Below, piece by piece: positions 16,651 through 23,960 of a stretch of DNA of 25,847 bases. The notes under the pieces are model-generated. The model did not search any database. It was given only the letters and a program-made list of their open reading frames with translations, and was not told the DNA's origin. The translations under genes were made by a program, and so were the position numbers. Location of the stretch: NCBI GenBank assembly GCA_965648935.1, contig CBFGIY010000032.1:1-25847 (forward strand), written 5' to 3'. Numbering within the stretch: the stretch's first letter is position 1; every line of letters begins with the position of its first letter. The DNA comes from a candidate division WOR-3 bacterium (GTDB lineage Bacteria; Hydrothermota; Tepidihabitantia; Tepidihabitantales; Tepidihabitantaceae).

Positions 16651-19116
16651 CTAGTGTGCTTCTCCCCAGTTGCTGCCGATACCTGCCTCGACGACCAGGG
16701 GAACGCTGAGCTGCCACGCAGCCTCCATCCGTTCCCGGACCAGTTTTGCGGCCTTCGTCGCCTTCGCTTCGGGGACCTCGACAACCAGCTCGTCGTGAAC
16801 CTGCAGTACCATTCCTGGCTCAAACCCCGCCTCGGTCAGGGCCGCTTCCACCGCCAGCATCGCCCGCTTGATGATGTCCGCGGCCGAGCCCTGTATCGGC
16901 GCGTTGAGGGCGGCCCGCCGCGCCGCCTCGCTGACATTGCGGTTGCGGTCCGCGATGCCCGGCACGAACCGGATGCGCCCGGAGATGGTTCGGACGAAGC
17001 CCTGCTCACGCGCCTGCCCGGCGATATCGTCCATCCACCGGGCGACCGCTGCGAAGCGGGTCATGTAGCCGTCAAGAAACGCCCGCGCCTGATCCAGCGG
17101 AATGTCGGTGCGCGAAGCCAGGCCGAAGTCGCCCATGCCATAGACCAGACCATAGTTGACGACCTTCGCGAGCCGTCTCTGGTCCGCGGTCACGTCCCGC
17201 CGGTCGACGCCAAGGATGGCCGCCGCGGTCCAGGCGTGTATGTCCTCGCCCAGCCGGAACGCTTCGGCCAGCTCTTCATCGCCGGTCACGTGAGCCAGCA
17301 CCCGCAGCTCGATCTGCGAGTAGTCGGCGGAGACCAGGACGTTGCCCGGCCCGGCCGTGAAGCAGGCGCGGATCCGCCTGCCCAGCTCGGTCCGTATCGG
17401 TATGTTCTGCAGATTAGGGTCTGAGCACGACAGCCTTCCGGTCGCGGTGCCGGTCTGGTTGAACGTCGGGTGGAGTCGATGGGAAACGGGGTCGGCCAGG
17501 CCGCGCAGGGGCGCAAGGTACGTGTTGCAGAGCTTGGTCAGCTCGCGCCAGCGCAGCACCTCTCCGACTATATCATGACTGCCCGCGATGGCCTGCAGCA
17601 CGTCGCTGCCCGTCGAAAAGCCGGTCTTGGTCCGCTTGCCGTGGCCAAGCTTGAGCTCTTCGAACAGCACCTTGCCCAGCTGCCGGGGCGAGGCGATGTT
17701 GAACTCGTGTCCGGCGCGGCCGTGTATGGACCGGACCAGGCCGTCAATCTCGGTCAGCAGTTCGGCTTCGAGCGCCGCCATCCGCGCGGTGTCAAGCGCT
17801 ATGCCGCGCTCCTCCATCCGGCCAAGCACAGGGACCAGGGGCATCTCCAGCTCGTCACAGACGCGCTCAAGGCCCAGCCCGGCCAGCCGCGGGCTCAGCC
17901 CTGCCCATGCCGCGTACGCGAGTTCGGCGCGGTCGCGCGGCCCGGCCAGCACGGGCGTCGTGCCGAGCACATCCAGCGCGACGGCCTCCGGCCCGTGGCC
18001 GCGCTGGTCCGGATTGGTGAGCCAAGCGCCGACGCCGACGTCAAACCAGGGCGGGGCGACCCGCAGACCCGCGCCGCCGAGCGACTTGAACTGCCGCTTC
18101 AGGTCGAACCCGGCTTTGACTGCCCGTTCGTTGCCCAGAACGCGGGCGATCGCGGAAGGTTCGTCGATGCGGCGCGCTCCATCGGCATCCGCGACCCAGA
18201 GCCCGTCATCGGGCGCGAACTCCAAAGCCAGGCCGGCCCGCACCGGCGTCCCGGTCGCCACGCTCACCCGGACCGGCTCCGCGCTGACCCGCTCCAGTCC
18301 CAGCTCGCGCAGAAGCGACCTGAATCCGAGCCGGCGCAGCAGCTCGGCCAGGGCGGCACGGTCCATCCCGGTCACGCGCAGCCCTTCGAGGTCCTGATCC
18401 AGGGTCACGTCAGTCCTGACTCGCGCCAGTTCGTAGCTGAGCCGGGCCAGCTCCCGGTGCGGCCTGACCCGTTCGTCGCGCTCCAGCGCGGCGCCGAGCG
18501 AACCGTGCGCCTGAAGGATGGCAACTGCCCGCTTCGGCCCGACCCCGGGCACGCCCGGGATGTTGTCGCTCGCGTCGCCGGCCAGCGCGAGATAGTCGGG
18601 CACCTGCCCGGGCAGCACGCCCAGCTTCTCCAGAACATCTTCCGGCGTGTAGAACCGCTCCTGCCACGGGTCAAAGACCCGCACCGGTCCGCCCACGAGC
18701 TGCAGCATGTCCTTGTCCGACGTGGCGAGCACAACCTCGACGTTGCCTGCGAACCTGTGCGCGAGGGTGGCCAGCACGTCATCCGCCTCGACACCGGAGA
18801 CTTCGAGCTCCCTGATGCCCCAGGCGCGCACCAGCTCCTTGACCACCGGAATCTGCGGGGGCAGTTCGTCCGGCGCGGGCGGCCGCTGCACCTTGTACTT
18901 CTCGAACTGCTGATGGCGGAAAGTCGGGCCGGGCGCGTCGAAGACGACCGCCGCATAGTCGGGCTTGAGAGCGTCGATGAGCTTGCGCAGCGTGCCGGCG
19001 AAGCCGAACACGGCCGAGGTGTTCTGCCCGGCCGAGTTGCGCAGCGGCCGCCGGATGAACGCGAAGAAGCTGCGGTAAACTACCGAGTGGCCGTCAACCA
19101 GCAGCAGCCGGGCCAT
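16651..19116 (-). CDS. polA: DNA polymerase I (5'-nuclease plus polymerase; degenerate 3'-5' exonuclease)
   Basis: LLLVDGHS, EADD, DKD, GDASDNIPGVPGVG; TATGRLS, PNLQNIP, motif A ADYSQIELR, motif B RRLAKVVNYGLVYG, motif C QVHDEL. ATG 19116 overlaps rmlA stop (TGATG); 821 aa. Confidence 0.97.
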   Translation of the reverse strand: MARLLLVDGHSVVYRSFFAFIRRPLRNSAGQNTSAVFGFAGTLRKLIDALKPDYAAVVFDAPGPTFRHQQFEKYKVQRPPAPDELPPQIPVVKELVRAWGIRELEVSGVEADDVLATLAHRFAGNVEVVLATSDKDMLQLVGGPVRVFDPWQERFYTPEDVLEKLGVLPGQVPDYLALAGDASDNIPGVPGVGPKRAVAILQAHGSLGAALERDERVRPHRELARLSYELARVRTDVTLDQDLEGLRVTGMDRAALAELLRRLGFRSLLRELGLERVSAEPVRVSVATGTPVRAGLALEFAPDDGLWVADADGARRIDEPSAIARVLGNERAVKAGFDLKRQFKSLGGAGLRVAPPWFDVGVGAWLTNPDQRGHGPEAVALDVLGTTPVLAGPRDRAELAYAAWAGLSPRLAGLGLERVCDELEMPLVPVLGRMEERGIALDTARMAALEAELLTEIDGLVRSIHGRAGHEFNIASPRQLGKVLFEELKLGHGKRTKTGFSTGSDVLQAIAGSHDIVGEVLRWRELTKLCNTYLAPLRGLADPVSHRLHPTFNQTGTATGRLSCSDPNLQNIPIRTELGRRIRACFTAGPGNVLVSADYSQIELRVLAHVTGDEELAEAFRLGEDIHAWTAAAILGVDRRDVTADQRRLAKVVNYGLVYGMGDFGLASRTDIPLDQARAFLDGYMTRFAAVARWMDDIAGQAREQGFVRTISGRIRFVPGIADRNRNVSEAARRAALNAPIQGSAADIIKRAMLAVEAALTEAGFEPGMVLQVHDELVVEVPEAKATKAAKLVRERMEAAWQLSVPLVVEAGIGSNWGEAH

Positions 19117-19847
19117 CAGGCGCGGCCGCGCCGCAGGCCGCGGGCCAGCTCGGCGGCCCGCAGGTAGGCCTCGAACGACGAGCCGGCGTCCTGCCACCAG
19201 CCCGCGAGCCGGTCGAATTCCATTTCGCCCCGCGCGATGTAGGCGTTGTTGACGTCGGTGATCTCAAGCTCGCCCCGGCCCGAAGGCTGAAGCGTTCGGA
19301 TGATGTCGAACACGCTGCTGTCGTACATGTAGCATCCGGTCACGGCGAGCCGGCTTCGGGGGCGCCGGGGCTTCTCGATGATGCGCTTCACCCGGCCGCG
19401 CTCGACCGTCGCCACGCCGAACCGCTCCGGGTCGGGCACCGCCTTGAGCAGAATGCGGGCGCCCGACTTCTGCCGCGCGAACTTGCGGACATACGGCGCG
19501 ATGCAGTCCTCGAAGAGGTTGTCGCCCAGAATCGCGACTACCCGGTCGCCCTCGACGAAGTCCTCGGCCAGAGCCAGCGCCGCCGCGATGCCGCCCGACC
19601 CCTCCTGGTATGTGTAGTGTATGCGGCGCAGGCCGAACTCCCGGCCGTTTTCAAGCAGGCGCAGGAAATCGCCGGCGCTGTTGCCGCCGGTCACCACCAT
19701 CACCTCGGTGATGCCGGCATCGACGAGCTTCTGGATGGGATAGTACACCATCGGCCGGTCATAGACCGGCAGCAGGTGTTTGTTCGTTATCTTGGTCAGC
19801 GGCATCAGCCTGGTGCCGAGTCCGCCGGCGAGCACGACGCCCTTCAC
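19116..19847 (-). CDS. Glucose-1-phosphate thymidylyltransferase, short form (RmlA/SpsI-like)
   Basis: LAGGLGTRL.PLT...NKHLLPVYD.PM, ILGDN, PERFGV, IEKP, RGELEITD, W.DAG. Confidence 0.9.
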   Translation of the reverse strand: MKGVVLAGGLGTRLMPLTKITNKHLLPVYDRPMVYYPIQKLVDAGITEVMVVTGGNSAGDFLRLLENGREFGLRRIHYTYQEGSGGIAAALALAEDFVEGDRVVAILGDNLFEDCIAPYVRKFARQKSGARILLKAVPDPERFGVATVERGRVKRIIEKPRRPRSRLAVTGCYMYDSSVFDIIRTLQPSGRGELEITDVNNAYIARGEMEFDRLAGWWQDAGSSFEAYLRAAELARGLRRGRA

Positions 19848-19853
19848 TGGGCG

Positions 19854-19881
19854 AGTATAACTCCGTACCCCGGCCGGTCAA
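19854..19881 (-). promoter_or_regulatory. Promoter TTGACC-N16-TATACT, 6 nt before GTG (leaderless candidate)
   Basis: Intergenic; no SD before GTG 19847. Confidence 0.8.
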
Positions 19882-19902
19882 GGCAGCCCGGCGTGCAACG
19901 CT

Positions 19903-19928
19903 GCGGGAGAGGCACTGGCCCCTCCCGC
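19903..19928 (-). terminator. GC-rich hairpin downstream of lipoprotein gene (terminator or stabiliser; no U-tract)
   Basis: Minus-strand RNA GCGGGAGGGGC-CAGU-GCCUCUCCCGC: 11-bp stem with one G-U pair. Confidence 0.45.
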
Positions 19929-19949
19929 GCGCCGAAAAGCCTCCCCGCG

Positions 19950-20801
19950 CTAGTCCGCCGTTCTTATGCGGTAAGGCAGGAGCCAGCCCTGAAAGTCGTA
20001 CGGCCCGTCCGGCGAATAGATGGTGCCGCGCGCCAGCAGGTCGAATATGGCGAATCGCACCGACGGCAGAAGCGGGGCGTTCCAGTTGCCCACGAAAACC
20101 CCGCCGCCCTGATGGGTGAAGGGCACGCGCAGGTAGAAAGGCCAGAACAGCACGAACGTGTGCAGGAAGGCGTTGCCCGCCTCGGCGTTGGTGTAGAGCG
20201 TGACGGTCATCTGCTCGCCCGGGGTGAACATCACCATCGAATCGGCGCTGAAGAAAGTGCTCAGCGGATTGCGGATCGTGATGTCGCGCAGCGCGCTCCG
20301 GATGCGCAGGCTGTCGATCGTCACGGTCCGGGTCGACTCCGATGCGCCGGCCGCGAGCGATATGCCCGATATCCGCCAGCCGCGGGTCGAGTCGGTCGAC
20401 TCGCCGGTGCGGAAGAACACGGCGCGCAGGTTCACGCTCTCGACCAGCCGCTTGGTCCAGAGCTGCAGGGTGGTGTCCGGCGGCTTGGCCAGCACGTGGA
20501 AGTAGCCGTAGTTGTGCTGCGACCACTCGACAAACCCGGAGTCGCCGCTGACCCAGACCTGAATCACCGGCGCGCTGTCGTGGGTCTGCGCGCTGCGCCA
20601 CCACCAGACCAGCGTGTCGCCGTCCGTGAAGAAGCCGCCGGTCGAGTCGTGGCTGGTCGAACCGGAGAAGTGCACGGTGTCCTTCTCCACGAGCGCGCGG
20701 ATGGCGGCCTTGTCCGCCTCGATGTCCTGCTTCTTCCTGCAGGACGAAAGCACCAGCGCGGCGCAGGCCAGCAGGGCAATGGCCAGTACTGTCCTCTTCA
20801 T
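19950..20801 (-). CDS. Lipoprotein of unknown function, beta-rich
   Basis: AAAGGAG SD before ATG 20801; MKRTVLAIALLACAALVLSS-C lipobox. Confidence 0.85.
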   Translation of the reverse strand: MKRTVLAIALLACAALVLSSCRKKQDIEADKAAIRALVEKDTVHFSGSTSHDSTGGFFTDGDTLVWWWRSAQTHDSAPVIQVWVSGDSGFVEWSQHNYGYFHVLAKPPDTTLQLWTKRLVESVNLRAVFFRTGESTDSTRGWRISGISLAAGASESTRTVTIDSLRIRSALRDITIRNPLSTFFSADSMVMFTPGEQMTVTLYTNAEAGNAFLHTFVLFWPFYLRVPFTHQGGGVFVGNWNAPLLPSVRFAIFDLLARGTIYSPDGPYDFQGWLLPYRIRTAD

Positions 20802-20826
20802 ATCAGCTCCTTTCAGTCCGGCTTCA

Positions 20827-20854
20827 ATTATAGCGGAAGAACAGGCCCGGGCAA
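20827..20854 (-). promoter_or_regulatory. Promoter TTGCCC-N16-TATAAT
   Basis: Perfect -10, followed by a short leader with SD. Confidence 0.75.
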
Positions 20855-20860
20855 TGACCC

Positions 20861-22627
20861 TCACGGCTTGACAACAAGACGCAGCGGCCGAACCGCGCCC
20901 GGAAGCCGCACGAGATACACACCGGCGCCCAGTCCGTCAAGGTCGAGCCGTCCATCACCGCGTCCGACATCGCCCTGCCGCACGACCCGGCCGGCCGCGT
21001 CGGCCAGCTCGTACTTCACCGGCCCGTTCGCGCCCCGCAGCGCGGTCCAGTCCCGCGCCGGATTGGGAGCGAGGTGAACGCCGGTCAGCGCGGCCGATCG
21101 CCGCGGCGCGGCCACGGCGGTCACGGTGTCGCCGATCGCGAATGGCCGGGGCGTTACCGCCTGCGCGGTCCCGGACGGCCCGCTGACCGTGTAGCGCAGG
21201 TGGCAATCCGGACTGGCGATGCCGCGGGGCAGCACCCACTGGTGGCGGCCGTCGTTCATCAGGCTCTCGGCCACGAGCGACCACGGGCCGATCGGGCCCT
21301 GAACCGACAGCTCGATGCGCACGCGCGTCGACTCCGCGCCCGGGGCCTCGCTCCACCAGTCAAAAAACGGCGCCGACCCGGGCGCGAACTTCTCTCCCCC
21401 GCGCGGAAACACCGGGAACACGCGCAGGCTTTCGCGCGGCGTCGCTTCGCGGAATGCGTGGGCGACGTTGATGTCGCTCGGCCAGCTGCCCTCGCGCGCC
21501 CAGAGCGCGATGTCGGGCCGGCCGTTGTGGTCGAAGTCCGCGCCGGTGCGCAGCGCGGCATAGGTCCCGGCCGCGGGCGTGACCAGCGAGGCGGCCTCGG
21601 TCCAGTTGCCCGCGCCGTCCCCGGTCCAGACCCGAAGCTGCCTGCGGCCGAACGCCAGCAGGTCGGCGAATCCGTCGGCGTTCATGTCGCACAGCGCCGT
21701 GGCCTGATACGGGCCCGACACCGGCAGGTTGCCCGAGAACCACTGCCACGACCGCGCTCCGTCGTTCCAGACATACACCTCGACACCGCCGCTGGAATTG
21801 GCGAACGCGACATCGCACCCGCCGTCGCCGTCGGCGTCCCCGGCCGAAAGTCCGGCCAGTCCGCCAGAGGAACTCGGCAGGCCGGCGCCGGCCGGAACAA
21901 AGTTGCCCGCGCCGTCCCCGAACCAGACGCTGCCCGTGCCGTGCGCCGCGATGATGTCGGCGTTGCCGTCGCGGTTCACGTCGCGGAAGCGGAACTCCAT
22001 CTGCGAGTTGCCGCCGGCAAACCCGAACGACCGGCGCCAGGCCCCGTTGCCCAGGTTCAGGTAGACGTGCAGCCCGTCATCGGCCCCGAAGGATATCGAG
22101 CCGATGTCGAGGTCGCCGTCGTTGTCGATGTCGGCGAAGTCGGTCGCGTGCATCCCCCAGTCCTGGCCTTCCTGCGCGAGGCTGTCATCCCAGGGGATCC
22201 ACACCCGCCCGGTGCCGTCGCCCAGCGCGACCTCGACGAGCTGGTCACCGAGGTCGCCGGACGAGTAGTTGTGATGCATCCCGTACCCGACATCGGCCAG
22301 TCCGTCGCCGTTTGCGTCGCCGACCGCGATGCCGCCGTACCCGAACTCGCCGTACTGTTGCAGGGTCCAGTTGCCCGCGCCGTCCCCGAACCAGACCATC
22401 ACGCCGTGTTCCTGCGTGTTGATGTAGGGGCTGCCGTGGTCGCCGATCGAGAGAATGTCGATGTTGCCGTCGTCGTTCACGTCGGCCAGTTCCAGCTCAC
22501 TGCGCCCGCCGTCCAGCCGCGGGTTGTTCTGGAACCCGGCCGAGCACTCGACATAGCCGAGCCTGGCAGAGGCCCCGGCGGCGAGGGCAAGGGCCAGCCC
22601 GACCGCCCGGCTGAATCCGCGCTTCAC
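20861..22627 (-). CDS. Secreted FG-GAP/VCBS 7-blade beta-propeller protein with Ig-like domain and T9SS type A-like C-terminal domain
   Basis: Signal peptide; seven DxNxDGxxD-type loops; C-terminus 'LAPNPA...LADAAGRVV...LDLDGLGAGVYLVRL...RLVVK'. Confidence 0.88.
   Translation of the reverse strand: MKRGFSRAVGLALALAAGASARLGYVECSAGFQNNPRLDGGRSELELADVNDDGNIDILSIGDHGSPYINTQEHGVMVWFGDGAGNWTLQQYGEFGYGGIAVGDANGDGLADVGYGMHHNYSSGDLGDQLVEVALGDGTGRVWIPWDDSLAQEGQDWGMHATDFADIDNDGDLDIGSISFGADDGLHVYLNLGNGAWRRSFGFAGGNSQMEFRFRDVNRDGNADIIAAHGTGSVWFGDGAGNFVPAGAGLPSSSGGLAGLSAGDADGDGGCDVAFANSSGGVEVYVWNDGARSWQWFSGNLPVSGPYQATALCDMNADGFADLLAFGRRQLRVWTGDGAGNWTEAASLVTPAAGTYAALRTGADFDHNGRPDIALWAREGSWPSDINVAHAFREATPRESLRVFPVFPRGGEKFAPGSAPFFDWWSEAPGAESTRVRIELSVQGPIGPWSLVAESLMNDGRHQWVLPRGIASPDCHLRYTVSGPSGTAQAVTPRPFAIGDTVTAVAAPRRSAALTGVHLAPNPARDWTALRGANGPVKYELADAAGRVVRQGDVGRGDGRLDLDGLGAGVYLVRLPGAVRPLRLVVKP
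21604..22396. repeat. Three intragenic 28-bp direct repeats encoding VWxGDGAGN blade motifs
   Basis: agttgcccgcgccgtccccgaaccagac is identical at 21901-21928 and 22369-22396; the copy at 21604-21631 has two mismatches. Confidence 0.8.
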
Positions 22628-23553
22628 TTCGGCCTGTCCGGCAGGCGGAAATCGGCCCAGACCGGCGCGTGGTCCGAGCGCGGGTACCCGCCGCCCGGCT
22701 CCCAGCGCGACCGGGCCGCGGCCTCAAGCAACTGGTTCTCGACCCCGGCCGCGGTCATGCACAGGGTCAGCCGCTGGCTGACAAGGATGTGGTCGATGAG
22801 CTCGCGCCGGCCCCGCCGGACATAGGAGAACGCCCGCTCCGCCGGCAGCTTCCACGACGCGGGCAGCAGGCGCCGCCGCTCGTTGACTGCCGGGTCCCCG
22901 CCCTCCTCCTCGCCCAGCCCGGTCACGAAGGCGGTGGTCAGCGAATCCGGCCCGGCGTTGTAGTCGCCCGCGACGATGTAGTGGTCGGCGAACCCGGCGT
23001 CCATCAGCTCGTCCATCAGCAGGCGCAACCCGGCCGCCTCGAACATCCGCGTCGCGGCCGACACGGCCCGGCCGAGCACGAACTGGGCGCGCTGGGCCAC
23101 GTCCATCCGGAACCCCTCGACCTCGGCCCGGCGCGACTTCAGGTGCACGCCGAGCAGGAACAGCGTCTCGCCGTCGGGCAGCAGCGCCTTGACCCAGGGC
23201 ATCGGCCTGCGGAAGGGACGCCGCGTCACCGCGCCCGGCTCGCTCTCCGAGACCGTCGGGTAGTCGAGCAGCTGGTTCGCCCCGAGCACGGCGAGCCGCG
23301 TCATTATGCCGACCTGGATGCGGCGCTGCTCGGCCGGCGGGTCGGCGAGGTGGAAGGTCGGGTAGCCGAGCCGCTCGACCAGCTCGCGGAAGCTCGCCGG
23401 CTCGCGCACCTCGTTGACCACGACGAGGTCGCCGTCCAGCCGCCTGAGCGTGTCGGCGAGGTAGTCCAGCTTGGCATCGTACACGCCCGCGTCCGGATTG
23501 TCCTCGCGCCCGAGGTTGTGAAGGTTGAAGGAAACGACTCGCACGTGATGCAT
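22624..23553 (-). CDS. Endonuclease/exonuclease/phosphatase (EEP) family protein
   Basis: SFNLHNL, VNEV, GVHLKS, AGDYN, IDHILVS, SDHAPV; no signal peptide. Confidence 0.92.
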   Translation of the reverse strand: MHHVRVVSFNLHNLGREDNPDAGVYDAKLDYLADTLRRLDGDLVVVNEVREPASFRELVERLGYPTFHLADPPAEQRRIQVGIMTRLAVLGANQLLDYPTVSESEPGAVTRRPFRRPMPWVKALLPDGETLFLLGVHLKSRRAEVEGFRMDVAQRAQFVLGRAVSAATRMFEAAGLRLLMDELMDAGFADHYIVAGDYNAGPDSLTTAFVTGLGEEEGGDPAVNERRRLLPASWKLPAERAFSYVRRGRRELIDHILVSQRLTLCMTAAGVENQLLEAAARSRWEPGGGYPRSDHAPVWADFRLPDRPK

Positions 23554-23578
23554 TTCCGTTACGCCGCCCGCAGAGACC

Positions 23579-23606
23579 AATATCGCCTGCCGGCGCGGCC
23601 TGTCAA
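23579..23606 (-). promoter_or_regulatory. Promoter TTGACA-N16-GATATT
   Basis: Perfect -35 in the intergenic gap; weaker -10. Confidence 0.5.
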
Positions 23607-23612
23607 GCCCGG

Positions 23613-23960
23613 CTAGCGGCGGCGCGGGACCAGCACCAGCCCGTCCCGGCCCTTGTCCGGCTTGTACTGCCGGACCGCGGGCAGCAGGTAATCAAGGAAC
23701 AGCAGGGCCACGCCCACGGCCAGCGCGGCGCGCTTGGCCCACTGCAGGCCCGCGCCCGCGCCTTCAAACAGGCGCAGCGGGTCGGCCCACACGAACACCG
23801 CGGCGCCGAGGATAACATAGACCGCGATGTTGGCCGCAGAGCGGAGCCGGTCGAAAAGCCGCACGCGCCGGGCCAGCCCCTCGTCCGCGACCACGATTTC
23901 GTCTTCCCCGGCGTTCACCGCCGCCTTGAGTTCTCCCATCGTGCTGACCTGCCTGCTCAC
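23613..23960 (-). CDS. Small two-TM membrane protein, unknown function
   Basis: GTG 23960 overlaps thyX stop (GTGA) with GGGAGG SD; alternative ATG 23939. Two hydrophobic helices (IAVYVILGAAVFVW; AALAVGVALLFLDYLLP). Confidence 0.75.
   Translation of the reverse strand: MSRQVSTMGELKAAVNAGEDEIVVADEGLARRVRLFDRLRSAANIAVYVILGAAVFVWADPLRLFEGAGAGLQWAKRAALAVGVALLFLDYLLPAVRQYKPDKGRDGLVLVPRRR

Noticed and set aside
21604..22396. 28-bp direct repeats as CRISPR or DGR template/variable repeats
   Set aside because: Irregular spacing of hundreds of bp, in-frame propeller motifs, no cas or reverse transcriptase gene, no adenine-specific variation pattern evident.
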